The position numbers and the translations under genes were made by a program. Shown here one piece after another: positions 36,745-45,927 of a stretch of 64,000 bases of DNA. Origin of the DNA: Patescibacteria group bacterium (GTDB lineage: Bacteria; Patescibacteriota; Microgenomatia; UBA8517); NCBI GenBank assembly GCA_036381415.1, contig DASVCV010000004.1, positions 33,572 to 97,571 on the forward strand, given 5' to 3'. The notes beneath the pieces were generated by a model that was not told where the DNA came from, did not search any database, and saw only the letters and a program-made list of their open reading frames with translations. The stretch's first letter is position 1, and each line of letters begins with the position of its first letter.

Positions 36745-37605
36745 ATGAAACAGCCCTTAAGTAAAATAGTTCCACAATTTATTGACAACCTTCGAGCTAT
36801 TGGCAGATCTCCTGCCACTATTCTAGCTTACAGAGCAGACCTTGAACAGCTTGTTTCATACTTAATCAGCAAGAATAAAGTAATGGCTGATCAAGTCAAA
36901 TCAGAGGATCTGGAATCATTTAGAGATTGGCTTCTTTCTCAAAAGTACACTCCAAAATCTACTTCACGTAAATTAAATGCAGTAAAAACTTTTTTTAGAT
37001 GGATGAAAGATCAAAATATTGTAAGTGGAGATGTATCACATGATGTTGGGCATCCAAGGATTGAAGCTTCAATGCCTAAGTATTTATCTCAAATGGAATA
37101 TAGAGCATTAAGAGATGTAGTAAGAGGAGACAGGCGAATTGCAGCAATAGTGGAGCTTATACTTCAAACTGGAATGAGAATTTCAGAAGTTGCCAATTTA
37201 AAAACAGCTGATGTAAAAGGAAATGAAGTAAGAATTGAGGCATATGCAACACAACCTGAAAGAACAATTCCACTTGATACTCCTGCTAAAGAAGCTTTGG
37301 AAAACTATCTTAAAGATAGACCAAAATCAGACTCCCCTTACCTATTTGTCAGTAAGAATGGAAAACCACTGGCCATTAGAAATATTAGAGCTGCTATTGA
37401 TAGATATATGCAAAAAGCTGAAATTGGAAAGTTTAGCGTTAATGATTTAAGAACTACATTCATAGTAGAAAATCTTAAAAGAGGAGTTGATTTAGTTACA
37501 ATTTCACAAGTAGCTGGACATAAAAGACTTTCTACAACAGAAAGATATCTTGAAATTGCACAAGTAAAAGAAACTGGAAAGAAACAAAAACTAGAAGAGC
37601 TTTGA
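36745..37605 (+). CDS. XerC/XerD-like tyrosine recombinase
   Basis: SAM-like N-terminal domain, TGMRISE, NDLR at the HxxR position and AGH...TTERY. Confidence 0.9.
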   Translation: MKQPLSKIVPQFIDNLRAIGRSPATILAYRADLEQLVSYLISKNKVMADQVKSEDLESFRDWLLSQKYTPKSTSRKLNAVKTFFRWMKDQNIVSGDVSHDVGHPRIEASMPKYLSQMEYRALRDVVRGDRRIAAIVELILQTGMRISEVANLKTADVKGNEVRIEAYATQPERTIPLDTPAKEALENYLKDRPKSDSPYLFVSKNGKPLAIRNIRAAIDRYMQKAEIGKFSVNDLRTTFIVENLKRGVDLVTISQVAGHKRLSTTERYLEIAQVKETGKKQKLEEL

Positions 37606-37648
37606 AAAATATTCCCCAACCTTCTGGAATTTTATCTGATTTCTGCTA

Positions 37649-38047
37649 TTAATTTTCTAATGGATAATACAAATACTGTCCTCCATTAATTTCTACCATT
37701 TCTGAGGAAACATTAAGATTTCTTATTAAATCTCTTACTTCATCAAGAGAATCAGATGATAAATACTTCTGAACTATCCCTAAACCACCTGAGTCTTCAA
37801 GGGCTATACATCCTTTGTCTTCTCTCGTGACTTCAACCCGACCGTTTGTATATACGCTTACCGTTCTTGACCCATTTTTGATTTCCCATCCTCCATGCAC
37901 TTCTAATTGCCCAGTTTTTTCATTGATAGTTGGGTTAAACCTAACCCACTCTCTTGGTTCAGGATCAGGTCTTAAGGTAGGTACTGGCCCGCTACTTTCA
38001 GACAGGAATCTACCCAGAATCTTTTGGACACCATGCTCAATACTCAT
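37649..38047 (-). CDS. hypothetical protein
   Basis: ATG 6 nt after TATAAT; no motif recognised. Confidence 0.55.
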   Translation of the reverse strand: MSIEHGVQKILGRFLSESSGPVPTLRPDPEPREWVRFNPTINEKTGQLEVHGGWEIKNGSRTVSVYTNGRVEVTREDKGCIALEDSGGLGIVQKYLSSDSLDEVRDLIRNLNVSSEMVEINGGQYLYYPLEN

Positions 38048-38088
38048 AGAGTGTATTATACCAGATAGTTGTCTTCTGACTGAAGCTG

Positions 38089-38160
38089 TGGGCGTGCATG
38101 GGATCGAACCATGGACATCTACTTTATAAGAGTAGCGCTCTACCGCTGAGCTACACGCCC
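38089..38160 (-). tRNA. tRNA-Ile(UAU)
   Basis: Reverse complement GGGCGTGTAGCTCAGCGGTAGAGC-G-CTACT-CT-TAT-AA-AGTAG...CATGGTTCGATCCCATG-CACGCCC-A, with C4-G69 and A73. Confidence 0.92.
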
Positions 38161-38171
38161 ATTAAACAATC

Positions 38172-38381
38172 CTATTTTACCATGGATTCTTTGATTTTTG
38201 GTTCTTTTTGAGGTTTTTTAGGAATCCATGTTTCTTCGTATTCATCCACTACAAATTTAGATGAGAGATCATAATCTGGATGCGGGTCTGTAGGTGTTCC
38301 ATTACAGGTGTAAAAGGCAATGTTTTTGTGATCTGGAACTAGCTGTCTACCGCAGCGGATGCATAATTCTGGCTGTGCCAT
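38172..38381 (-). CDS. small putative zinc-ribbon protein
   Basis: CIRC...YTC...H. Confidence 0.45.
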   Translation of the reverse strand: MAQPELCIRCGRQLVPDHKNIAFYTCNGTPTDPHPDYDLSSKFVVDEYEETWIPKKPQKEPKIKESMVK

Positions 38382-38386
38382 TGGAG

Positions 38387-40741
38387 TTATAGTTTAGCAC
38401 GCCTTGTCACTTCTGCTTCAACTAGCCTCACATCTCTTCCATATCTAAGCCTACTCATTTCTTTAATGATTTCTGCCATCCTTGGGTTTTCCTGAGCACG
38501 TTCGGCTTTAATGTCTTTTGTTAAATCCATTGAAAAAGGCTGAGCTGGCTCATTATTAACTATGGTTTTAATAAATGCATGATATCTTTCCACATTTAAA
38601 AGATCATCTTCACCAAAGACAGGTGCGAATTCATGGGCTAAGTAGTTTGCATCTGAAACACCTACTCTAAAACAAACTATAGTTCCTACATTTCCAAAAA
38701 CTGCATTCTTAACTTCTTCTTCAACCTGGCCTATAAATTGGTTGGCTACACAGAGCCCAAGCCTATATTTTCTTGCTTCAGATAGCATTACTGCAAAATC
38801 AGGGGTAGCAAAATTTTGGAACTCATCAACATATAAATAAAAGTCTGGTCTTTGGGATTCGTCAACATCTTGACGAGAAAGAGCTGCCATCAAAATTCTT
38901 GGAACTAAGATTAGACCCAAGAAGCTTGAATTTTCTTCTCCAATTTCTCCTTTTGCCAGATTAATTAACAATATTTTCTTTTGATCCATTACTTCACGGA
39001 GTGAGAATGAAGATTGAGATTGACCAATAATGTTTCTAATCATGCGGTTTGTGACAAATCTTCCAAACTTAGAAACAATGTAGTCCAAAACTTCTGATTT
39101 ATGGAAATCAGCAGTCTGGGCAATTTGGTCTGTCCAGTAACGTCTGACAATTGGGTCTGTAACTTTGGGAAGAAGCTCTTGAACAAATCTGGAATCGGTT
39201 AAAATTCTCATTACTTCAACAAAAGTACTTCCCTCTTCTGCCATGGCAGTAAGCATTGCATTTCTTACAGCGTGCTCAAACCTTGGTCCTACAATTCCAG
39301 TTTTATATGGATCAAAAAGTTTATACATCATATTAATAACTGCTGTAGCTGCAAAGTGCTTTTGATCTTCTGTTTTGGCTTCTAAAAGATTAAGACCCAT
39401 GGGTCGGTCAGTGTCACCTGGGTTAAAGTAAATTACGTCTTCAGCTCTCTCTGGAGGAATTAACTTCATGATGTCTTGGAGTGTTTCTCCGTGAGGATCC
39501 ATGAAGCACAAGCCTTTACCTGCTTTGATATCCTGGAGAATCATGTCTTTTAAGAACTCTGATTTCCCAGTTCCAGTTCTTCCAATAATATAGGTGTGTC
39601 TTAATCTGTCTTCATCTCCAATGTAGACTTTTCTTTTAATTCCTCTGTAGCTACTCATTCCCAGATATAATCCTTCTTGAGGAATTTCAGCTGGAGCAGG
39701 AGCTGATTTGGCTGTGACCCAAAAAATATGGGGGGTTGTTATTTGTTTGTTTGGAAAATGGAAAACTGTTGCCAATTCTTCTGAATTAAGAATGGAAATA
39801 TGATTTCCCCAAATATTAAACATTGGCTGATACCTGTATAGAAAATCTTCCATGAAGAATTCCTTTCTTCTAATTTTTCTTCCTTTAAAACCATTTTGTT
39901 CACCTGCAAACTGTTCAAAGGCAGTTGAAAGGTTTGAAATGTGGACTTTAGCTCCTTCTTCAGTTGGAGAAACTGCAACTATTCTAATAACTACCTCAAA
40001 GCCTGGTTTTGTAATTTTACCTTCAACGGCTTCTAGTGCTTTGGCACCTACTGAAAACTTTGCTTTTTCAGGATCTGATTCCTGTTTTTTAGTGTCTGAA
40101 ATGAATTTTCTTCCTTCTTTTTGCCAAATTGCATCTGCTGGTGAAACTACAATTTGAATTGCAGCTGCCTCGTTTGGTCCCATCTTTGCTAAAGCTGAAG
40201 TAACCGCAGCTAATGGGTCGGTTGCCATATCTCTAAAAACTTTAATTGGATAGAAGTTGGCTTTTCTTAATTGAAGTGACTTGTAAGCTACTTTTCCTTC
40301 TTCATTAAAGAGGTTGTATTCTGGAACTTCTACAATTTCAGCATCTCCATATGCACCATTAATTTGTTTTTCAACAAGGTCTTGAATCTTTTTTGGACAC
40401 CAGACATAGAATTTTATATCCTCTTGTTTAGCTACAATTTCAAAAGAAATTACTGGCTGAATATCATATTTTTGCTTCCATCCACCTTTTTTGATTGAAT
40501 AAAGACTTGAAATAAGCTGGTCCATTGCATCAATTTTTATTTCATTGCCCCTTGGAACTGCAACTTGAAGAAGAACTGAGTCAATAGATCTTTTTTCTCT
40601 GTTTCTATTTCTGTAATAAGTAAGCAAAAGGTAGAAACCTGCCGCTAACCCAAACATTAATGCTCCAAAAATAAAAACTCCTATAAAAATGGCTATAAAA
40701 TTGATTGATTGAACTTGGTATAGATTATCTGTTATTGGCAT
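38387..40741 (-). CDS. VirB4/VirD4(TraG)-like ATPase with an N-terminal TM helix
   Basis: RHTYIIGRTGTGKS (Walker A), DPHG, YVDEFQNF (Walker B), SEARKYRL and ANQ. Confidence 0.9.
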   Translation of the reverse strand: MPITDNLYQVQSINFIAIFIGVFIFGALMFGLAAGFYLLLTYYRNRNREKRSIDSVLLQVAVPRGNEIKIDAMDQLISSLYSIKKGGWKQKYDIQPVISFEIVAKQEDIKFYVWCPKKIQDLVEKQINGAYGDAEIVEVPEYNLFNEEGKVAYKSLQLRKANFYPIKVFRDMATDPLAAVTSALAKMGPNEAAAIQIVVSPADAIWQKEGRKFISDTKKQESDPEKAKFSVGAKALEAVEGKITKPGFEVVIRIVAVSPTEEGAKVHISNLSTAFEQFAGEQNGFKGRKIRRKEFFMEDFLYRYQPMFNIWGNHISILNSEELATVFHFPNKQITTPHIFWVTAKSAPAPAEIPQEGLYLGMSSYRGIKRKVYIGDEDRLRHTYIIGRTGTGKSEFLKDMILQDIKAGKGLCFMDPHGETLQDIMKLIPPERAEDVIYFNPGDTDRPMGLNLLEAKTEDQKHFAATAVINMMYKLFDPYKTGIVGPRFEHAVRNAMLTAMAEEGSTFVEVMRILTDSRFVQELLPKVTDPIVRRYWTDQIAQTADFHKSEVLDYIVSKFGRFVTNRMIRNIIGQSQSSFSLREVMDQKKILLINLAKGEIGEENSSFLGLILVPRILMAALSRQDVDESQRPDFYLYVDEFQNFATPDFAVMLSEARKYRLGLCVANQFIGQVEEEVKNAVFGNVGTIVCFRVGVSDANYLAHEFAPVFGEDDLLNVERYHAFIKTIVNNEPAQPFSMDLTKDIKAERAQENPRMAEIIKEMSRLRYGRDVRLVEAEVTRRAKL

Positions 40742-41063
40742 TTTGTCCTCCCCATACTACGGTCCATCCTAAATGAGCTGCTTTTTGAAGCATTCTTAAC
40801 CAAAAACGGGCAAGCCATGTAATGGAATTAGTTATTGATCCTTTACTCCAAGCAATTAGATTACTCTGACTTGTTGGAATAGTAATTGTAACAGTCTGAG
40901 TCAAAGGTGTTTGGATCAACTGGCGTCCTCCATCTTGAACAGTTGCCTTGAAATTAGTTTCAACCTTTTTGATCTCTGGAATGGACTGTGGAACCTCAAT
41001 TTCTTCAGGCCGTTCTTTAACTAAATCTGTAATGCGTGGTCCTCTTTCTGGAAATAGTGCCAT
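40725..41063 (-). CDS. hypothetical protein coupled to the ATPase
   Basis: Overlaps the ATPase start; C-terminal amphipathic SITWLARFWLRML. Confidence 0.7.
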   Translation of the reverse strand: MALFPERGPRITDLVKERPEEIEVPQSIPEIKKVETNFKATVQDGGRQLIQTPLTQTVTITIPTSQSNLIAWSKGSITNSITWLARFWLRMLQKAAHLGWTVVWGGQNANNR

Positions 41064-41085
41064 ATCTAAACCATTTTAACACTAT

Positions 41086-41631
41086 TTACTTCTTCTTCCC
41101 TACCCAGATTTCTTCTTTAATTTTTTGGTCTGAATTTGTTAATCTTGCTAGCATGAAAAGGAAATCACTTAGACGGTTCATATAAATTTTAATTGAATCT
41201 GGAACCTTTTCTACTTCAGATAATGCAGTTACTTCCCTTTCAGCACGACGTGCCATTGAACGCGAAACATGAAGCTGAGCACTTAAGGGAGTGCCCCCTG
41301 GAAGGATAAAGTGAGAAAGCCTAGGTAGATTTCCCTCCCAAACATCAATCATTTTTTCAAGCTTTTTTGTTTTTGTCTTTGAGAAACGGAGCTTGGATCC
41401 AGCAAGGCAGGAGCCAATTGTAAGCAAATCTCTTTGGATATCTGAAATTATTTTTTGGATCTTTAAATCAAGACAGAAGGATTTGGCTAGACCTAAAAAA
41501 GAATCAAGTTCGTCAATTGATCCTATTGTTCTAATTCTTATTGAATCTTTTGAAATCCTTTGGCTTGTTGCAGGCTGTGAGCTATATAAACTTGTAGTGC
41601 CTTTATCTCCTTTTTTGGTGTAGATTGCCAC
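41086..41631 (-). CDS. pduO: PduO-type cob(I)alamin adenosyltransferase
   Basis: IYTKKGDKGTT, GSIDELDS, FILPGG, RRAER and NRLSDFLF. Confidence 0.93.
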   Translation of the reverse strand: MAIYTKKGDKGTTSLYSSQPATSQRISKDSIRIRTIGSIDELDSFLGLAKSFCLDLKIQKIISDIQRDLLTIGSCLAGSKLRFSKTKTKKLEKMIDVWEGNLPRLSHFILPGGTPLSAQLHVSRSMARRAEREVTALSEVEKVPDSIKIYMNRLSDFLFMLARLTNSDQKIKEEIWVGKKK

Positions 41632-41685
41632 GAGGGAATTATAACCTATATTTTAGCTAAAGTGGATCTATCAATTCTTAAAATT

Positions 41686-41775
41686 ACTGGGGCCATTGCC
41701 GGGTCGTAACTTACTCAAATGACTGAATAGTTCTTTCGTTAAACGAAAGATGTTCGCCACAACAAGAGCCCCAGT
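41686..41775. ncRNA. candidate 90-nt multi-stem structured RNA between nrdJ and pduO
   Basis: Closing stem ACTGGGGC/GCCCCAGT, inner hairpin TCTTTCGT-TAA-ACGAAAGA and further G-U-containing pairings. GC-rich relative to its flanks. Confidence 0.5.
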
Positions 41776-41794
41776 TTCTTAGTAGAAAAATAAT

Positions 41795-44293
41795 TTAACA
41801 TTCGCTGTAGGCGCAGGAATAACATTTCTTGCAGCCTTCCTCATAAACCAGAGTCCCTTCTCCACAGGAAGGACAAATATCTTTTTGTTTTCCAAAAAGA
41901 GGTGGAACATCAGAATCAAGGGACATTTGCTTGGATTCTTTTTCTTTATCTTGGCTTGTTTTTGCTTCTAAAACGGGAGAGGAATCAATTACAGTATCTG
42001 TTGCATGTCCATTGCCTGCAGGCATTTCCATGTCATGAGGCAATCCCATAAGGCCAAAGTGTATTTCAATTGCCTTACCGACTGCTTCAGGAAGACTTCT
42101 AATCTTATTTGGGCCAAACCCAACTGATCTTCCCCCACTAATACCTTTGAGCTGTTCTACTATATTTTTTGCTCTTTCAATTGCTGGCAGATGATTTCCA
42201 AATCTTAAGGTTGTTGAGATTAATCTTCCTAAGGCTTCTGCCATGGCTGATACTTCAGAGCCGCCCTTGCCCATTGTTACAAAGACTTCAAAAGGATTTC
42301 CCATTTCATCATGATTTACTGTAATGAATGCACTTCCAAGAGGAGTTCCTATTTTATAAGTGGCTCCTTCAACTTTTACTGGACGAGGCTTAAGAACTGT
42401 GACATATTCTTCTTTTGGTTCAACTTTTGTTTCTTCTTTTGCCTTTTCCTCTTTTTTAACACCCAGGTTTAATACTTGCTCCTGCTTGCAGCCATCTCTA
42501 AAGACTGTGATCCCTCGGCAGCCTGTTTCCCAAGCCAACATATAGGCTTTTTTAATATCATCTACTGTTGCATCGTTTGGAAGATTAATAGTTTTTGAAA
42601 CAGCATTATCGGTGTGTTTTTGGAAAGCTGCCTGCATTTTTACATGCCAATCTGGGTGGATTTCATGAGCTGTTCCAAACACTTTCTTTACATCATCTGG
42701 TATTTCATCAATACCTCTTAATGTTCCATGGTCGGCTACTTTCTTCATTAATTCTTCAGAGTAAAATCCTCTTTTTTTAGCTATATCTTCAAAATAGGGG
42801 TCTACGAAAGTAAGAGTACGTCCTTCACTTTTAACAATGTGCTGATATGCAACTGCAAACATTGGTTCAATTCCACTGTAGCAGTTGGCTAATATTCCAA
42901 TGGATCCTGTCGGAGCAATTGTTGTAACGGTGCTATTTCTTACTGGATTATCTTTATAGATACTCTGTTTAACTAGTGGGAATGGACCTCTTTCTTTGGC
43001 AAGTTCACCTGATGCTAGATGGGCATGGGTGTTTATGAACTTCATTACTTTTTCTCCAAGCTTTAATGCTTCTTCACTGTCATATGGAATACCAAGCTGA
43101 ATAAGCATGTCGGCAAACCCTCCTACTCCGAGTCCAATTCTTCTTATTTTTTTCACTGTATCTGCAATTTGAGGAAGAGGAAAAGGATTCATTTCAATTA
43201 CAGAATCTAAAAGCCTTACAGAAGTGTTGACTGAATCTTCTAATTTATCCCAATCCACTTCACGTCCGTCAGGAGTTTCTTTGACATAGTACTTTAAAAA
43301 GATTGATCCTAGATTACAAGCATCAAATGGATAAAGGGGCTGTTCACCACAAGGGTTAGTGGATTCTACTTCCCAACCTTCTGCCCTTACTGGATTTGCA
43401 GAGCTTTGATTAATTCTATCTATAAATATCATCCCTGGATCCCCTGACTTCCAGGCTCCTTTTGCAATTTCATCCCAGACCATACGGGCTGGAAGCTTGC
43501 CTACCACTTCTTTTGTATGAGGGGCTATGAGATCATATTCCTTGTCTTCAGCTAGAGCTTTCATGAACTTATCTGTTGCAGTAACTGAAATGTTAAAGTT
43601 TGTGATGCTTACTCCATCATCTTTACAATGAATAAAATCTAGGATATCCGGATGATCTACTCTTAGAATTCCCATATTTGCACCACGCCTCATCCCTCCT
43701 TGTTTTATCTGCTGGGTTGCTTCGTTGTAGACTCTCATGAAAGAGACTGGACCTGAGGCTACTCCCATTGTGGACTTTACTCTTGATCCTGCTGGACGGA
43801 GTCTACTAAAGGAAAAGCCAGTTCCTCCTCCTGATTGGTGAACTAAAGCCTGATATTTAATTCCATCAAAAATGCCTTGGAGTGAATCTTCAACAGGAAG
43901 CACATAACAAGCACTATATTGAAGCCCATTTCCCTTTCCAGCATTCATTAGAGTTGGTGAGTTAGGAAGAAACCATCTATTAATCATTAACTTGTAGTAG
44001 GAACGGGCATACTCAATAATTTCTTTTTTGGTTTTTCCATATTTTACTTCTGCTTTAGCTAACTCCCAGGCAACTCTCCAACACATTTGGGGAACGGTTT
44101 CTACCGGCTCGCCTTTTTCATTTTTAAGGAAATATCTTTCTTTTAGAACTTGAATTGCTTGAGGAGACCATTCTGGAACATCAATATCTGATGGAACATC
44201 TGACTTAGGACCTGCTAACTTCTCGACAGCTTTTATCATTTCTTCATATGAGAGGTCAGACCAATTAACTTTATTTGCAGCTCTACTTTTCAT
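41795..44293 (-). CDS. nrdJ: class II (adenosylcobalamin-dependent) ribonucleotide reductase with TSCPD-like and Zn-ribbon tail
   Basis: PNSPTLMNAG, SAC, TNPCGEQ, TIAPTGS and FRDG; C-terminal CPSC...EEGCKKCYSCAYSEC; adjacent to pduO. Confidence 0.95.
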   Translation of the reverse strand: MKSRAANKVNWSDLSYEEMIKAVEKLAGPKSDVPSDIDVPEWSPQAIQVLKERYFLKNEKGEPVETVPQMCWRVAWELAKAEVKYGKTKKEIIEYARSYYKLMINRWFLPNSPTLMNAGKGNGLQYSACYVLPVEDSLQGIFDGIKYQALVHQSGGGTGFSFSRLRPAGSRVKSTMGVASGPVSFMRVYNEATQQIKQGGMRRGANMGILRVDHPDILDFIHCKDDGVSITNFNISVTATDKFMKALAEDKEYDLIAPHTKEVVGKLPARMVWDEIAKGAWKSGDPGMIFIDRINQSSANPVRAEGWEVESTNPCGEQPLYPFDACNLGSIFLKYYVKETPDGREVDWDKLEDSVNTSVRLLDSVIEMNPFPLPQIADTVKKIRRIGLGVGGFADMLIQLGIPYDSEEALKLGEKVMKFINTHAHLASGELAKERGPFPLVKQSIYKDNPVRNSTVTTIAPTGSIGILANCYSGIEPMFAVAYQHIVKSEGRTLTFVDPYFEDIAKKRGFYSEELMKKVADHGTLRGIDEIPDDVKKVFGTAHEIHPDWHVKMQAAFQKHTDNAVSKTINLPNDATVDDIKKAYMLAWETGCRGITVFRDGCKQEQVLNLGVKKEEKAKEETKVEPKEEYVTVLKPRPVKVEGATYKIGTPLGSAFITVNHDEMGNPFEVFVTMGKGGSEVSAMAEALGRLISTTLRFGNHLPAIERAKNIVEQLKGISGGRSVGFGPNKIRSLPEAVGKAIEIHFGLMGLPHDMEMPAGNGHATDTVIDSSPVLEAKTSQDKEKESKQMSLDSDVPPLFGKQKDICPSCGEGTLVYEEGCKKCYSCAYSEC

Positions 44294-44417
44294 GTATGAA
44301 AAGATAATCTAATAAAGATGCTTTTTCGTCAACTAGAAACAAGTAAATCAAAGATAATCAATATAGTTTTTTGCCAGGCTTGGGCTGAGGCTATATTTAT
44401 GGAGAAAAAAGAGAATT

Positions 44418-44522
44418 GTAAGAAAATCTTTTGTTCCAGTAAGAAAATCTTCTGTCCCAGTAAGAAAATCTTCTGTTCCAGTAAGAAAATCTTCTGTTCC
44501 AGTAAGAAAATCTTGGGTGGCA
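44418..44522. repeat. tandem 21-bp repeat, five copies
   Basis: GTAAGAAAATCTT + TTGTTCCA / CTGTCCCA / CTGTTCCA / CTGTTCCA / GGGTGGCA, starting at 44418, 44439, 44460, 44481 and 44502. Confidence 0.95.
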
Positions 44523-44569
44523 GTTAAAAAAATGCGGTTAATTTTTAAACTCAAACTTTTATATTTATG

Positions 44570-45193
44570 TTAATTCGTGAAGGGATTTTTTGGAGCTAAT
44601 ACGCCTATTTGAGAAAGCCTAACTTTGACTTCATCATATGCTCGTTTTGGATAATTTCCTGTTTCAACAATCCTGGGCTTGGCATCTTCTGGAGCATATA
44701 GTACTAATTGATCAATTACTTCTCTATGTTTTAAGGAGCAAAGGCTTAATTTATGGAGTAAGTTAGAAGTATCAAGGCCTTGCTCTTTTGCTATTTTTTC
44801 TTCACCTACTGATGCTTCCAAGTATTTTTCAGCTTTTGTTAGAACAGAGGTTGCAAGTTCAGATTTGCCTTTTTGATATAGTACTTGGGCACTTGCTAGT
44901 CTTTTGTCTGCAAGAAGAAGATATAATTCTGATTTTTTAACTGGGTTGAAGGTAAAGCTTAACCAAATTCTGTCTCTTAAAACTTTAAGTGGCCAAAGAG
45001 GGCTATCGGGAAGGATTATTCCTGGATAGGCAACATTATAGACAACACCGACTGTAGGAATATTTGTTGTTGGCGCTGGAGATGGTTTTTGAGTAAAGTT
45101 ATATTCTATGGCTGAAGCTTTGACTACTGAAGTCAATAACACTGCGACTGCAATAATTAAGAGGGAGGCAGTTCCCAGGACGCGAACAAGCAT
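44570..45193 (-). CDS. DUF5667-like exported helical protein
   Basis: PGIILPDSPLWPLKVLRDRI...LADKRL. Confidence 0.75.
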   Translation of the reverse strand: MLVRVLGTASLLIIAVAVLLTSVVKASAIEYNFTQKPSPAPTTNIPTVGVVYNVAYPGIILPDSPLWPLKVLRDRIWLSFTFNPVKKSELYLLLADKRLASAQVLYQKGKSELATSVLTKAEKYLEASVGEEKIAKEQGLDTSNLLHKLSLCSLKHREVIDQLVLYAPEDAKPRIVETGNYPKRAYDEVKVRLSQIGVLAPKNPFTN

Positions 45194-45267
45194 AAGGTAA
45201 TTGTCATACTAGAACCTCTTCGGTGAAAAGTCAACCCAAAAAATACCCGATTTAAGGCCATTTTTGG

Positions 45268-45915
45268 CTATCTGAACAAATTAATTGGCCATTCCCAGAG
45301 AACATGAAGGAAGATGGAAGAAGCAACATTTTTGGTTCTGGCATATATGAAGGCAGCTCCTAGTCCATATATAAAAGTTAAGAAAAGGTAGACAACTGCT
45401 TCATTTACTGAATATTTGAGGACAAAAATAGTAACAGGGACATGGATCGCGGTCCAGAGAATGCTTGTAATTAGGTTGGCAATCCATTCATTTTTTAAAG
45501 CTGCCCAGAGTCTTGTAAAAATATAACCTCTAAATGCAATTTCTTCAGAAATGGCGGTAGCTATTGAAATGCCTAGGGAAATAAACATGGCTTGGGAGCC
45601 AATGTTTGCCTGAAAATTAAGGTGTCCATATTTAAGGAAGTTTACCAGTATCCCTTCCACTGCAAAGATGAGGCCTAATCCTATGGCAAAATAAATTGCT
45701 GGGAAAAGATTTTTAGATGTCAAACCAATGCTTTCTAGTTTTTGCTTTTCTTTTCTAACTAAATAGAAAGTTGCCCCTATCCAAATTATTGGCTTGACAA
45801 TAATTTCTTCAATGGTATCAGGAAGCTGAAAAATGTAGCGGTACAATCCCCAGACAAGGAGTAAAAATACAAAAAGAATAGTGGCATTTTTAAAGGCAGA
45901 GATTTTTTTGTTCAT
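45268..45915 (-). CDS. CPBP (CAAX/Abi) family intramembrane metalloprotease
   Basis: SEEIAFRG, WTAIH and SIFLH motifs. Confidence 0.9.
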   Translation of the reverse strand: MNKKISAFKNATILFVFLLLVWGLYRYIFQLPDTIEEIIVKPIIWIGATFYLVRKEKQKLESIGLTSKNLFPAIYFAIGLGLIFAVEGILVNFLKYGHLNFQANIGSQAMFISLGISIATAISEEIAFRGYIFTRLWAALKNEWIANLITSILWTAIHVPVTIFVLKYSVNEAVVYLFLTFIYGLGAAFIYARTKNVASSIFLHVLWEWPINLFR

Positions 45916-45927
45916 TTGGGCAGAGCT

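Noticed and set aside
37815-38129. 104-aa plus-strand ORF
   Set aside because: It is antisense to the 37649..38047 gene and to tRNA-Ile; its tail (VGVHGIEPWTS) is reverse-read tRNA.
36745-40741. Prophage or ICE built from the tyrosine recombinase and the VirB4-like ATPase
   Set aside because: No phage structural, relaxase or mating-pair genes are present, and the neighbours are housekeeping genes.
41686-41775. Cobalamin riboswitch or hammerhead ribozyme
   Set aside because: No GGGAA/B12-box pattern on the sense strand, and CTGAATA does not satisfy the hammerhead CUGANGA core.
41795-44293. Intein or intron in nrdJ (also considered for lig, recF and ftsH)
   Set aside because: Lengths are ordinary and the catalytic motifs are contiguous; no intein-like C/S...HN blocks were seen.
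44418-44522. 21-bp repeat array as a CRISPR array
   Set aside because: The units are contiguous, with only 8-nt near-identical linkers, no unique spacers and no cas genes in the window.
44318-44554. ORFs 44318..44527(+) and 44348..44554(-) as genes
   Set aside because: Their openness is explained by the stop-free 21-bp unit, and neither has a convincing start context. Not listed as CDS, though not formally excluded.
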